Assembly (NCBI GenBank): GCA_046598345.1
Contig: JBKJIT010000001.1
Coordinates: 44,251-108,250, forward strand
Source of the DNA: Minisyncoccia bacterium
GTDB taxonomy: Bacteria > Patescibacteriota > Minisyncoccia > Phycocordibacterales > UBA918
DNA: 64,000 bases
Direction of reading: 5' to 3'
This document shows positions 30,063-40,744 of the stretch, piece by piece. How positions within the stretch are numbered: position 1 is the stretch's first letter; the number at the start of each line of letters is the position of its first letter. Both the position numbers and the translations under genes were made by a program. A model generated the notes under the pieces. It searched no databases and was not told where the DNA came from. It saw only the letters and a list, made by a program, of their open reading frames with translations.

Positions 30063-30226
30063 AAAAGAAGCCCTCCGGGATGAAGGGCTTCTTGGTAGTT
30101 AATGTATGTTGAGTAGATTACGCACAAAGAAGACCTCCATCGGAATGGTTCTTGACCAGGAAGGTAATCGTATACATGTGCGCTGTTGGCATACTTTTAG
30201 AATATCAGAGGTAAAATTTTCGTCAA
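30063..30226 (-). promoter_or_regulatory. Promoter, leaderless 24-aa leader peptide (30192-30118) and antiterminator/terminator (transcription attenuator)
   Basis: TTGACG-16-TATTCT then ATG 6 nt later; uORF MPTAHMYTITFLVKNHSDGGLLCA; segment 30127-30141 can pair with 30079-30093, competing with terminator stem 30065-30093. Confidence 0.75.
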
Positions 30227-30413
30227 TTTAAACTCGTTAATTACATTCTGGACAATCCTACGGTAATTCTTTAAAGCCCTCGTCACATCTAAAGTTTTTT
30301 GAGAACCCTCATATACAAGGCGCTGAGGAGTGGTTGCTGGAGACGTATTCAATATACGGTGACAGTTACCACGACGAAAGCAACGCAGTAGATGAGGGAG
30401 TATCAAAAATACT

Positions 30414-30989
30414 TTAAGCTTTCTCCGCGCGATCGGTATACTCTCCAAGCTCAGTATTAACCCGAATGATGTCGCCTTCATTAATGAACATTGGCACTTG
30501 AATGGTCACACCAGTTTCAAGTGTAACTTCCTTTGTAGCACTTGAAGAGGTATTACCTCGGACAGCAGGATCTGCCTGTTTAACTCGGAGCTCTACTTTA
30601 ATAGGAATTTTGATGCCAATAATTCGCTCATCATATACGACAGCTTCAACCTCGCTTTTAGGTTTTAGGTATCTAATCGCGTCACCCACAACATCTTCTG
30701 AAAGCGTAAAACGTTCACTGGGCTTACCTTTGTATGCAAACCAGTATTCGCCACGATTTTCATAAATGTACTCGACTTCACGAGTCTCAATGTCAGCTTC
30801 ATCAGCAACCTCGCTTGAATGAAATGTTTGTTCAACGGTACGTCCAGACACTAAACTCTTTAGCTTTGTGTTATTGACGGGCTTTCGTTTCTGTTTTCGG
30901 AACACATGGGAGGCAACAACGATACACGGCTCGTTATTCCAAATGATGACCTTTTTGAGGGTGATTTCGTTGTATGCAAGGACTGCCAT
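30414..30989 (-). CDS. efp: Elongation factor P
   Basis: PAVRGNTS, TLETG..IQVPMFINEGDIIRVNT..GEY. Confidence 0.93.
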   Translation of the reverse strand: MAVLAYNEITLKKVIIWNNEPCIVVASHVFRKQKRKPVNNTKLKSLVSGRTVEQTFHSSEVADEADIETREVEYIYENRGEYWFAYKGKPSERFTLSEDVVGDAIRYLKPKSEVEAVVYDERIIGIKIPIKVELRVKQADPAVRGNTSSSATKEVTLETGVTIQVPMFINEGDIIRVNTELGEYTDRAEKA

Positions 30990-31074
30990 AACTTTTTTAG
31001 TGAAAGATAGTGTGACACGTACGTCTACACAGTTACATTATTAATTCTTTAATTTAGCCAAGTAGAATAGCATG

Positions 31075-31194
31075 GAATGCATTTCTAAGCTTCAGATACG
31101 CGGCGTCAAGGAGCGAAAACAGGATGCGTATGCGTATACGATGACTGTGTAAGTGACGCAGATAACAAAGTAGATGGAGTTTAGAAATGCGTTC
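31075..31194. mobile_element. About 120-bp palindromic MITE-like element
   Basis: 19-bp imperfect TIRs gaatgcatttctaagcttc / ggagtttagaaatgcgttc. Confidence 0.6.
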
Positions 31195-31255
31195 GGGCAA
31201 CTTTTTTAGTGTATACTAGGTACAATAGAGGGGAACCGGAGAATAGTAACAGTAT

Positions 31256-31849
31256 ATGTTTGGGCTTTCAACCACCGATAGCGTACGCGAACTTTCAGAT
31301 GAGGTCATTCTTGCGCGAGCTCAAGCTGAACCGTGGCTCTTCACGGCTCTTCTCGAACGGTACCAAAATGCGTTCCTCCGTAAGGCTAAATCAATTATTT
31401 TTAATGAACTCGACGCTGAGGAAGTGGTGCAGGATGCATTTACAAAGATTTACATGAACGCACACCGCTTTGAGGTTCGTGAAGGTGCAAAATTTTCTTC
31501 ATGGGCGTATACCATTCTCATTAATACTGCGCTCACACGCTATCAGAAGTGCGTGAAAGAAGGGAAGCGTACACTCCTTCTCGAACCAGAACTCTTCGAA
31601 CGTTTCGGAGAAATGAAGGACCACAGTGCGTTTGAGGAAGATCGGGACGCTATCGAACGAATTCTTGCAAAGCTTCCAGGACATTTTGCAAAAGTGCTTC
31701 GTCTTCATTATCTGGAGCATTGGTCACACAAGGACATTGCCGACGAGACAGGGGAGACCGTAGGAGCGATTAAAGCACGTATTCACCGCGCAAAAGAACA
31801 GTTTCGGCAAGAGGTAGGCGAAGCATCGGGAGGCGCGTCACTTTTATAG
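31256..31849 (+). CDS. ECF-type RNA polymerase sigma factor
   Basis: DAEEVVQDAF, FSSWAYTILIN, region 4 S..DIA..TGETVGAIKARIHRAK. Confidence 0.93.
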   Translation: MFGLSTTDSVRELSDEVILARAQAEPWLFTALLERYQNAFLRKAKSIIFNELDAEEVVQDAFTKIYMNAHRFEVREGAKFSSWAYTILINTALTRYQKCVKEGKRTLLLEPELFERFGEMKDHSAFEEDRDAIERILAKLPGHFAKVLRLHYLEHWSHKDIADETGETVGAIKARIHRAKEQFRQEVGEASGGASLL

Positions 31850-31892
31850 CATTCGTCAAGTTACAGTATATTCAAGTACTAATATCACATGT

Positions 31893-32216
31893 ATGAGAAA
31901 CAATAAATTACAAACACAGATTATGCGACGCGTGTACTACGCTTACGCACTTAATATTGTCGGGACGCCTGGGATTCTCCAGGGGTTTGGGATGCTCGCG
32001 ATGCTTATCGCGCTCACTTACTTCGTTTCGATTGGCAATGTGCTCGCAAATATGATGCAGATGAGTATCGCCCAACTCGGTACGTTTTTATACAATGCAG
32101 TTACCAATACTGAGGCGTGGACACTCCTTCTTATCGGTGGAATGATTTTTTCTCTCCTCTCATTTCGATTTAAAATTGGAAGTTTTCGCTCGGGTACTAA
32201 GTGGGCGAAGGTCTAG
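31893..32216 (+). CDS. Small membrane protein co-transcribed with the ECF sigma (candidate anti-sigma)
   Basis: Two to three hydrophobic segments; position only. Confidence 0.6.
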   Translation: MRNNKLQTQIMRRVYYAYALNIVGTPGILQGFGMLAMLIALTYFVSIGNVLANMMQMSIAQLGTFLYNAVTNTEAWTLLLIGGMIFSLLSFRFKIGSFRSGTKWAKV

Positions 32217-32273
32217 TGAATTAAAAAACCCCGGTTGATTTTGTCTACCGGGGATTTTTTTAATTCACTTCGT

Positions 32274-33350
32274 TTATTCAGTTTCCTTAAGTGCCTTTCG
32301 AATGTGTTTGAGGAGTTCACCCTGAAGCTTCTTATCCTCACGAAGCATCGTTCTTGAGGCGTCGTAGCCACGTCCAAGTTTCACTTCTGCACTGTCGTCA
32401 CCACCAGGGGGAAGGTAACTGTAGGACGAGCCTGACTTCTTCACAAACCCGTATTTTTCGCCAAGGGCCAAGAGCTCACCTTCTCGACTAATCCCCTCAT
32501 TGTAAATGAGATCAAACTCAGTTGCTTTAAACGGTGCCGCTACCTTGTTTTTCACTACTTTGACGCGGTGCCGCCCACCTACCACCTCTTCACCTTTCTT
32601 AATCTGAGCAATACGTCGTATATCAAGTCGAACCGATGTATAAAACTTGAGTGCCTTTCCTCCAGGAGTTGTTTCTGGATTTCCAAACATGACACCAATC
32701 TGCATACGAATTTGATTGATGAAAATTATGACCGTTTTCGATTTTGCTGCAATTGAGGTCAGCTTGCGAAGCGCCTGACTCATGAGCCTTGCCTGCTTTC
32801 CAACGTGGTGTGCACCCATTTCACCCTCGATTTCATCCTTTGGTGTAAGTGCAGCAACGGAATCGATCACAATGATATCAATCTTCCCCGAACGGACGAG
32901 AGATTCCACTATCTCAAGTGCCTGTTCTCCGGTATCGGGTTGCGAAATAAGCAGTTCGTCAAGCTTAACCCCGAGATTCTTGGCGTATTCTGGATCCATT
33001 GAGTGTTCAGCATCAATGAATGCGCAGATACCTCCCATTTTCTGCGCTTCCGCAACAGCATGGAGGGATAGGGTGGTCTTACCCGATGACTCTGGTCCAA
33101 ATATCTCAATAATACGGCCTCGTGGGAAACCGCCGATGCCGAGTGCATCATCGAGCCCAATAGACCCTGTGGGAATAACATCAACGTTTACACGACGTGA
33201 TTCTCCAAGCGTCATGATCGCTTCCTCACCAAACTTTGTCTTAATGCTGCGCAGTGTTTCAGCGATATCGCTCATGTCACTCTTGGTACCTTCCTCACGC
33301 GGTGCTCCTGTGGTCTTTGGTGCTACTTTTTCTTTCTTTTTAAGAGGCAT
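32274..33350 (-). CDS. recA: Recombinase RecA
   Basis: [34 protein letters not shown]. Confidence 0.99.
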   Translation of the reverse strand: MPLKKKEKVAPKTTGAPREEGTKSDMSDIAETLRSIKTKFGEEAIMTLGESRRVNVDVIPTGSIGLDDALGIGGFPRGRIIEIFGPESSGKTTLSLHAVAEAQKMGGICAFIDAEHSMDPEYAKNLGVKLDELLISQPDTGEQALEIVESLVRSGKIDIIVIDSVAALTPKDEIEGEMGAHHVGKQARLMSQALRKLTSIAAKSKTVIIFINQIRMQIGVMFGNPETTPGGKALKFYTSVRLDIRRIAQIKKGEEVVGGRHRVKVVKNKVAAPFKATEFDLIYNEGISREGELLALGEKYGFVKKSGSSYSYLPPGGDDSAEVKLGRGYDASRTMLREDKKLQGELLKHIRKALKETE

Positions 33351-33590
33351 ACTTAGAATGCTTAGATTTCGTTAGAAGGGACTGAGTTAAGAAATCTTGG
33401 TCGACGGAATGTGCTTTGCGAATGTCTCACAAACACAATTTAGGTTGTATGATATTTTTCAAAAATATCGATATCCTTTTGGGAAATTGTTTTTGCAATT
33501 TCTCCATTTCATTCCCACGAACGAAATCTATTTTAGCTCCTTCTCAAAAATGTACTTATAAATAATCCCAACAATTATACACCATCTCCC

Positions 33591-33962
33591 TTATGTGGCC
33601 GGAACGTATACGAACTGTCGTTGTAGAGACTCAGTGCGCCCATACCTGTCCGCAGCGCGAAGCGTCATGATGGTATAGCCACTTTCGAGTACAAGGCGCT
33701 CAGAAAATACACCCGCTTCGTCGGTGTGGATTTCCCGACCGTTTAAAGTGAGCGAAACAATGTTTCTCGTCTCTCCTTCAAGAAGTACCATTTGATTTGT
33801 CTGGATGCTCTGTGGTTCATTTACAAGCTGAATAACGGGTCCTCCAATCAGATTTCGCGCTTGAAAAAGTACATACCCGATAATAAATACGCTAAGAATG
33901 GCAAGGAATATAAATTTAAGTATATGTCGAAGCGCAATAGGGGAAGTATTAATTGGTTCCAT
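33591..33962 (-). CDS. TM plus Ig-like small protein
   Basis: TM then L.LNGREI..DEAG.FSE.L.L..GY....L.A.DRYGR. Confidence 0.7.
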   Translation of the reverse strand: MEPINTSPIALRHILKFIFLAILSVFIIGYVLFQARNLIGGPVIQLVNEPQSIQTNQMVLLEGETRNIVSLTLNGREIHTDEAGVFSERLVLESGYTIMTLRAADRYGRTESLQRQFVYVPAT

Positions 33963-33963
33963 G

Positions 33964-36120
33964 TTACATTCCTGATTCTTCGGAGCCACCCTCTATGAGT
34001 ACTGTGCGTGGCTTTGAGCCATTTTCAGGACCTACAATACCTCGCTCTTCAAGCGTATCAATAAGTTTTGCAGCGCGTGAGTACCCAATTCCGAGTTTGC
34101 GCTGTAGGAATGAAGTTGAAGCTTTTTTTGTCTCAATTACAATTTGTTTTGCCTCTTCGTACAACTCATCCCCGTCCTCGTCATCCTCAATGGAGGAGCT
34201 AAAAAACGCCTCAGCAGAGCCATTTTTTTCAGTCTCGGTATCAAATGATATAGAGCTGAGTTCCTGTGCTGAGCTCTGGTTTTTAAGGTAATCTACCACC
34301 TGCCCGATTTCTTCAGTTGATACAAAAGCGGATTGGAGGCGCATTGGTTTTGGACTTTCAGCGGAAAGGAAGAGTAGGTCTCCTTGGCCAAGGAGTTTTT
34401 CAGCCCCCGCTTGGTCGATAATGGTTCGTGAGTCAATTTGAGAAGCGACCTGGAATGCAAGACGCGTCGGTACGTTTGCTTTAATGAGTCCTGTAATAAC
34501 GTTTACCGATGGTCGCTGGGTTGAAAGAATAAGGTGAATACCAACAGCTCGGCTTTTCTGTGCGAGACGTACGATACATGACTCAAGCTCCTTTGGATAC
34601 GACGACATAAGGTCAGCAAGCTCGTCCATAATAATCACAATATAGGGAAGAGGTTCAGGTAAATTAAGCCGCTCTTCTTCTGGGGAGCCTTTCTTTTCAA
34701 ATGCAGTGCGCGCCGGGTGATAGACATTTTCGTGATAGGCAGCAATGTTCTGTATCTTCTCGCCCTGAAGGATATCAAGGCGCCGTTCCATTTCCTTAAT
34801 GGCATGTTTGAGTGCAAGAATGACGCGCTTCGGCTCAGTGATTACAGGTGTAAGTAAATGGGGAATGCCGTTGTAGAGAGTTAGCTCTACTCGTTTCGGG
34901 TCAACCATGATAAATCGAAGCTGATCTGGGGAGTTACGGAACAGAAGCGAAATTATGACATTGTGGAGGGCGACAGACTTTCCTGAGCCAGTTGTACCAG
35001 CAATAAGGCCGTGCGGCATACGTGCCACATCTGCAAAATGAGCCTCCCCTGTAATATTCTTTCCCAGGGCAGTCAAAAGCGGCTTTGGCGAGTCCGTGAA
35101 ATTAGGGGAAGCAAAAAGCGATGCAAGTCCAACTGTTTGTTTCCGCTTATTTGGAATTTCGATACCTACGAGGGATCGTCCTGGAATAGGCGCTTCAATA
35201 CGAATTGGGGAAGCGGCGAGCGCATACTCGAGCGTAGTATGGAGCCCAATGATTTTTTCGAGCTTCACCCCTTCTGCTGGCTTGATGGCATAGCGAGTGA
35301 CCGATGAGCCAATGGTCACTTCATCCATTTCAACGTCGATATTGAACTTCTTAAGGGTGCGCTTAATAGTGTTTGAATTTTCCTTCACATCTCCAACGTC
35401 TGGCTTGCCTTTATCTTTGTGGAGAAGAGAAAGTGGTGGGGGAGCATAGGTGCCTCTGAAGCTCGAAACAAGAAACTCCGAGGAATCTATCTTCCCGAGG
35501 CCCATGCGTTGCCCCAGAGTTTTCTTCGGCAGCCCCTCGTCCACAGCAGGTGTTTCTGACTCCGTTGTTTCATTGAGCTCCACAGATGATGCTGAGAGGA
35601 TAGGTTCAACTTCAGGAAGTAATTCTTCTTCTGCGGGTTTTCGCTTGAAGAGTGCAATAAAGTTGGTATTAAAAGTAAGAAAAAGCCCAATGAGAACAAA
35701 GGAAGTTAAAATGACACCAGAAACGACCTCTCCAAAAAGCCATGAAAGAGGGAGTAGCATCACGTTTCCAATGAAACCCCCTTCAGTAATAAGGAGAGAC
35801 AAAAGACCAAGGAGAGAGATAAAGAAAAGGGTGATCCCAAGCACTTTTGAAATACTTACTTTTTCGTCATCTCTTGGTTTAAGAAAGATATATACAAAGA
35901 GAAGGCATATGAATGGTGGAAGAAACGATCCAACTCCAAATAGATACGTAAGTGCTACGTTAGTGAGCTCCCCGGCTCTTCCAGCAGTATTAAAAAGGGA
36001 AAGGGTAAAAAAAATGGAAAATACTACGAATATAACCGCCCCTATTGCTTGCTTAGTGTGAGGGGAAAGATCATCAAAAAAACTCCGTTTTTCTTCAATT
36101 TTTTTTCGTCGTTTTGGCAT
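33964..36120 (-). CDS. ftsK: DNA translocase FtsK/SpoIIIE
   Basis: 4TM N-terminus, AGTTGSGKS, DPKRVEL, TQRPS, gamma domain LQRKLGIGYSRAA. Confidence 0.97.
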   Translation of the reverse strand: MPKRRKKIEEKRSFFDDLSPHTKQAIGAVIFVVFSIFFTLSLFNTAGRAGELTNVALTYLFGVGSFLPPFICLLFVYIFLKPRDDEKVSISKVLGITLFFISLLGLLSLLITEGGFIGNVMLLPLSWLFGEVVSGVILTSFVLIGLFLTFNTNFIALFKRKPAEEELLPEVEPILSASSVELNETTESETPAVDEGLPKKTLGQRMGLGKIDSSEFLVSSFRGTYAPPPLSLLHKDKGKPDVGDVKENSNTIKRTLKKFNIDVEMDEVTIGSSVTRYAIKPAEGVKLEKIIGLHTTLEYALAASPIRIEAPIPGRSLVGIEIPNKRKQTVGLASLFASPNFTDSPKPLLTALGKNITGEAHFADVARMPHGLIAGTTGSGKSVALHNVIISLLFRNSPDQLRFIMVDPKRVELTLYNGIPHLLTPVITEPKRVILALKHAIKEMERRLDILQGEKIQNIAAYHENVYHPARTAFEKKGSPEEERLNLPEPLPYIVIIMDELADLMSSYPKELESCIVRLAQKSRAVGIHLILSTQRPSVNVITGLIKANVPTRLAFQVASQIDSRTIIDQAGAEKLLGQGDLLFLSAESPKPMRLQSAFVSTEEIGQVVDYLKNQSSAQELSSISFDTETEKNGSAEAFFSSSIEDDEDGDELYEEAKQIVIETKKASTSFLQRKLGIGYSRAAKLIDTLEERGIVGPENGSKPRTVLIEGGSEESGM

Positions 36121-36425
36121 GCCAGTTTTTCTTGGAGCAAGCGACTTAGAAAAACTAGGCCGTCGACACATCGCTTTTCTAATGCTCTGTTTCTCCGAAA
36201 GCGCTCCAAATCGCAGTCATCAGTTACTTTTTACTTCTAATGTTACCTAAGCATCATAGCACGCACACATCTTAAAACTGAGTGAATAAAACACAAAATG
36301 AGGCAATGAGGATGCCTCAGTGCATAACGCAAAAAGACTTCAAGTCAAGGACATTTAGTGCTACACTACGTAATAAAAGACGCAATCAGACATATAAATC
36401 TTAAAGGTCAAACTACATAATACAT

Positions 36426-37106
36426 ATGGAAACACAATTAGGGACATTTAAGGACATCAGTCTTGCAAATAATACTGAATATTATAAACATGTTTTTAAA
36501 AAGACAGAAAAAATTCTTGGTGCGGTTTTTTATACTTTTAGGTCAAATTATACAATAGATCATAACGATGTCCTTATAAAACAAATCGAAGAGCAGTCTC
36601 AAAAGGTCACTCGAGTTCTTTTTGATTCACTCCGAGCTAAGGAAACAGATACAGAGTTTCATAGTAGAGAAATGGCATTTACACTCATAGAACTGGAAAC
36701 TACTCTTAGGTTCGCATATTATGGCAAACTGTTAAGCGGCGAACTACTTACGGTTTTTATGCAAGAGATTGATACTGTGCAGAGGACTCTAAGGACACTT
36801 ACTAACCACGACACATCAAATCCTTTTTCTACGGCAGCACATACGTTAGAGGGAACTGTTTCAGCTCGAGAAGCAAAAGAGAGACGAGTAGCTGAGAGAA
36901 AGCCCGGAGTATCTCTTGGAATATCTAGGACAAGTCGGATAGTAGCAATCTTGAAGGACAAGGGGTCTGCCTCTATAAAGGACATTACTGAGATGATCAC
37001 GGACGTAAGCGAAAAGACAATACAAAGAGAGTTAAATGTTTTGATAAAGGACAATGTAATACGCCGAGAAGGTGAGCGTAGGTGGAGTAAGTATATCCCA
37101 CTGTAG
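36426..37106 (+). CDS. Helical protein with C-terminal DeoR-like HTH
   Basis: SIKDI..VSEKTIQRELN.L.K...I.REGERRWSKY. Confidence 0.75.
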   Translation: METQLGTFKDISLANNTEYYKHVFKKTEKILGAVFYTFRSNYTIDHNDVLIKQIEEQSQKVTRVLFDSLRAKETDTEFHSREMAFTLIELETTLRFAYYGKLLSGELLTVFMQEIDTVQRTLRTLTNHDTSNPFSTAAHTLEGTVSAREAKERRVAERKPGVSLGISRTSRIVAILKDKGSASIKDITEMITDVSEKTIQRELNVLIKDNVIRREGERRWSKYIPL

Positions 37107-37808
37107 TTGTTGTGTCCTATTAAATATGGGACACACTTTTTTATATACACTAATTAAAGACTTTTATAGAACTGTGACCCCTGTCTTCAAAAGAATCATC
37201 CACTACTTAATGAATAACCAGTGAAAATTAGGAGCTGAAAGGGTGTAAGAAGTGTTTATATGAAGCGTCATAAAAAGCAGAGGAGGGCTTATTTTTGTTG
37301 ACTTTATGTCTTCATGAACGTATGCTCTCAGGCATCTTGGGGACTTGGATTTAGGCCTAAAAGCTTGGTGTATAAACACATATCCACATCTCTTTGAGCA
37401 ACAGTTCAGTAAATTATTTGTATACTGGACATTGTGCGTCTTAGCGCGCTCTTTTTTAACAAGGAGAGAACGTCAGGACTTGTTCTTTGAAAAATCGAAG
37501 TTTCGTCACATACCTATAATGTGTATGAGCGCGGCTTTGAGTTTGGTAGAGTTGTCTACTGAATCTTATATACGTTTAGAACGTACTTAATAGAGTACAA
37601 AAATACAGCATGACCTTGTTCTGTTATGGTAGATAATTCTGAGTCTCAGTTACATTTTCGTAGCTAAACCGTATATATGGGGTGTCGACCCGTTAACATA
37701 TATACGGGCTTAGTGATATGCGTGAGCAGTTCTTCGACGGACTGTTCGCGAATAAGAATTAATTCTTATTATTAGTTTTAGAAGTAATTACTACAAGTAA
37801 TACAGTTT

Positions 37809-39839
37809 ATGAATTTAGTTGCAAACAATATTGCTTCAAAGCTCTTTGTAGCTTTTGTCGCAGTTGCGATGCTCTTCACGCTTGCAGCGCCTGCAAAGGC
37901 TGCTACAGCTGAAGAACTCCAAACAATGATCAACACTCTGCTCGCGCAGGTTGCATCACTCCAGTCACAAGTTGGCCAGGGGGCGCAGTCAGTTGCGTCA
38001 GGAATCTGTCCATTTTCATGGACACGAAGCCTTGCGCAAGGTGCGACAGGTGCAGACGTTATGAAGCTCCAACAGTTCCTTAACGCTGACCTCGACACAC
38101 GTGTGTCAATGTCAGGTGCAGGTTCAGTTGGATCGGAAACACAATACTTCGGACCAGCAACAGCTGCCGCAGTATCGAAGTTCCAAATGAAATACCGAGC
38201 AGACATCCTTTCACCAGTTGGTCTCGTAAATCCAACAGCATATTTTGGACCTTCAACAATGGCGAAGGCAAACATGCTCTGTAATCAGGGGCCAGTAGTT
38301 GTTGTACCACCAGTTGATACTGATGATACAGACGATACTGACGATACTGATGATACAGATACTGATGATACAGATGATTCTGAGCTTCAAGGTGAAGCAG
38401 ATCTCGACACAGTTGAGATTAGCGACGCAAGTGATACGGATGCAGAGGAAGGTGCAGAAGATGTTGAAATTGCTGAAATCGATGTTGAATTCACCAATGG
38501 AGACGCTATGATCACCCGCCTTGACATCGCTCTTGAACTTTCAGGCGGAGAAGCTTGGGAGACATTCGAGGAAGTATCTCTCTGGATTGACGGAGAGGAA
38601 GTTGCTCGAGAGAGTGCGTCTGATGAAGATGATTACCTCGATGAGGATGATGGGACAATTCGATTCTCAGGTCTTGACATTGTTGCTCGAGAAGACGAAG
38701 AACTTACAATTGTTGTAGGTGCTACGATTCAGAGCAATCTTGATTCAGCTGACATGGGAGATTGGGAAATCTTCGCACACGGTCTTCGATTCGAGGATGC
38801 TGACGAAGTTACTACCACGGACGACTCAACGGGAGATCTTATCGGTAACACAACTTCTCCTTTCACAGGAGATCCTTCTGCAACAATCGAAATTGAAGAA
38901 GAAGGTGGAGAAGATGAGCTTATCGTAAAGACTTCAGCAGAGGATCCAACAGGTTCTGTGCTTCAGGTTGAAGATGACTCTAAGTCAGACTGGTACAATG
39001 TATTCTCATTCGATCTCGATACTGATGATTCTACAAACGATATCGAACTCAATAGTGTTGTAGTTCACCTTGCATTCAGTTCTTCAACGTACGCGACGCT
39101 TGTGGACGATGCAGAGCTCGTTATTGATGGTGTAACTATCAATGATGTCACTGCGTCAGGTACGGGGCTTACAGTTGACCTCACATTTGATGTCGACGGT
39201 GATGTAACTATCGAAGCGGGTGATCGAATTGCTGCTGAGCTTATGCTCAAGTTCAATTCTCTTGCGCTTGGTAATGAAGGAGTTACAGTTACGGGTTCTC
39301 TCACAGCAGCCAACCGCGCTCTAATTGACGCAGAAGGTGCTGATGATCTCGCAACTTCACAGTTGTCTGGATCAGCAACGGGAGAAGCTCATACACTTCG
39401 AACTTCAGGAGTTGATGTAACTGCTGGAGACATTGAAGAGGACGTTACAGTAGTTGACGGAGCTAGTGATTACGGTACATACAGCATTGAGTTTGATGTC
39501 ACTGCATTCGAACAGGATGTATACATTGCTATTGCACCAGCTACTTCAATCTCATACGTGCTTGAAGACAGCTCAGGTTCAACATCTGTTACTGGTACTC
39601 GATCAGTAACCCTTACTTCAACAGCTGATGAAGAAGGTTCTACCTTCGAAGTTACTGAGGGTGATACGGAAACGTTCACACTCACGGTTACTTACACACC
39701 AGGTGTAGCTAGCACAGCTTCGCGTCTACAGCTCAACTCTGTAATATTTGGTTCATCTTCAGGAACGCCAACAGGTCAGACCTGGACAGCGTCACCAGAT
39801 GAGGATTACCGAACAGGAGTTATCACAATGGTTAACTAA
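37809..39839 (+). CDS. Secreted acidic surface (S-layer-like) protein with peptidoglycan-binding-like domain
   Basis: Signal peptide, RSLAQGATGADVMKLQQFLN..YFGPATAAAVSKFQ, D/T-rich linker, beta-rich acidic body; terminator 39880-39905. Confidence 0.8.
   Translation: MNLVANNIASKLFVAFVAVAMLFTLAAPAKAATAEELQTMINTLLAQVASLQSQVGQGAQSVASGICPFSWTRSLAQGATGADVMKLQQFLNADLDTRVSMSGAGSVGSETQYFGPATAAAVSKFQMKYRADILSPVGLVNPTAYFGPSTMAKANMLCNQGPVVVVPPVDTDDTDDTDDTDDTDTDDTDDSELQGEADLDTVEISDASDTDAEEGAEDVEIAEIDVEFTNGDAMITRLDIALELSGGEAWETFEEVSLWIDGEEVARESASDEDDYLDEDDGTIRFSGLDIVAREDEELTIVVGATIQSNLDSADMGDWEIFAHGLRFEDADEVTTTDDSTGDLIGNTTSPFTGDPSATIEIEEEGGEDELIVKTSAEDPTGSVLQVEDDSKSDWYNVFSFDLDTDDSTNDIELNSVVVHLAFSSSTYATLVDDAELVIDGVTINDVTASGTGLTVDLTFDVDGDVTIEAGDRIAAELMLKFNSLALGNEGVTVTGSLTAANRALIDAEGADDLATSQLSGSATGEAHTLRTSGVDVTAGDIEEDVTVVDGASDYGTYSIEFDVTAFEQDVYIAIAPATSISYVLEDSSGSTSVTGTRSVTLTSTADEEGSTFEVTEGDTETFTLTVTYTPGVASTASRLQLNSVIFGSSSGTPTGQTWTASPDEDYRTGVITMVN
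38316..38378 (+). repeat. Coding micro-repeat (DTD)n
   Basis: gatactgatgatacagacgatactgac... tandem units of about 9 bp. Confidence 0.8.
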
Positions 39840-40010
39840 CATTAACTAATGTTTTAACTCTGACGTAAGTCAAGGTTAGCAAAAGACCCCGCAAGGGGTC
39901 TTTTGTGTATGTGTCCCATTGTGCAAAAACTGAAGAGGAAAACCCCGCGGCAAAGCGTGCGGGGTTTTCCTCTTCTTCACGCTAAAAAGCCCACGAAAAA
40001 GTTCGAAAAG

Positions 40011-40060
40011 CCCACGGAGGCCGGACCTCCGGAATATTCCGGAGGTCCGGCCTCCGTGGG
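40011..40060. repeat. Perfect 50-bp palindrome made of two inverted REP-like units
   Basis: cccacggaggccggacctccggaat|attccggaggtccggcctccgtggg. Confidence 0.95.
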
Positions 40061-40075
40061 TGTTATACTAAACCT

Positions 40076-40744
40076 ATGTCTCAACGCAAAATCCAGTTTT
40101 CACCGGGAGAGTATTATCACATATATAATCGCGGAAATAGCAAGCAAGACATTTTCAGAGATGAGAGAGATTATATGCGTTTTCAATCTCTTCTGTACAT
40201 TGCAAATGGAACAAAATCATTTGAATTCAGGGAAGCACGTAAGGATGAAATATTCGATTTTGATAAGGGAGAGCAACTCGTGTATATAGGAGCGTACTGT
40301 TTAATGCCTAATCACTTCCACATTCTGATAACTCCTGCAAAAGAGAAAGGAATTCAATTATTTACACAGAAACTCGCAACGGGATACTCAATGTATTTTA
40401 ATAAGAAATATGAACGGGTAGGCGGATTATTTGAAGGGAGGTTCAAATCTAAGCATGCGTATTCAGATCAATATTTAAAATATTTATTTTCTTACATTCA
40501 CCTTAATCCAACTAAACTCATTCAATCTGATTGGAAAGAAGTGGGAATACGAAATTTGAATTATACAAAAGGCTATGTAGAACAATATCGTTACTCAAGT
40601 CTTCAAGATTACCTAAGTAAGCGTCTGGAAAGTTCTATATTAAATAATGAAAAATTTCCAGAATACTTTTTAGGGAAGAAAGAAATTGACTCCGAATTAC
40701 TCCAATGGCTTACCTACAAGGAAACATCACCAGAATTAATTTGA
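40076..40744 (+). mobile_element. REP-associated tyrosine (Y1/HUH) transposase, RAYT-like
   Basis: YYHIYNRG, AYCLMPNHFH, LFEGRFKS, YIHLNP, YRYSS; AT-rich; flanked by REP hairpins. Confidence 0.92.

Noticed and set aside
29790-30130. Possible tmRNA (ATNNQFVPTNF* resembles a tag peptide)
   Set aside because: No tRNA-Ala-like GGGG 5' end or TTCGA..CCACCA 3' end nearby; an SD-led ORF behind an attenuator explains the region better.
37345-37590. 81-aa ORF in the gap before the surface-protein gene
   Set aside because: TTG start, no motif and non-protein-like composition; likely non-coding.
38316-38378. Tandem repeat as a possible CRISPR array
   Set aside because: In-frame (DTD)n linker without spacers; no cas genes or repeat-spacer arrays were seen in the window.
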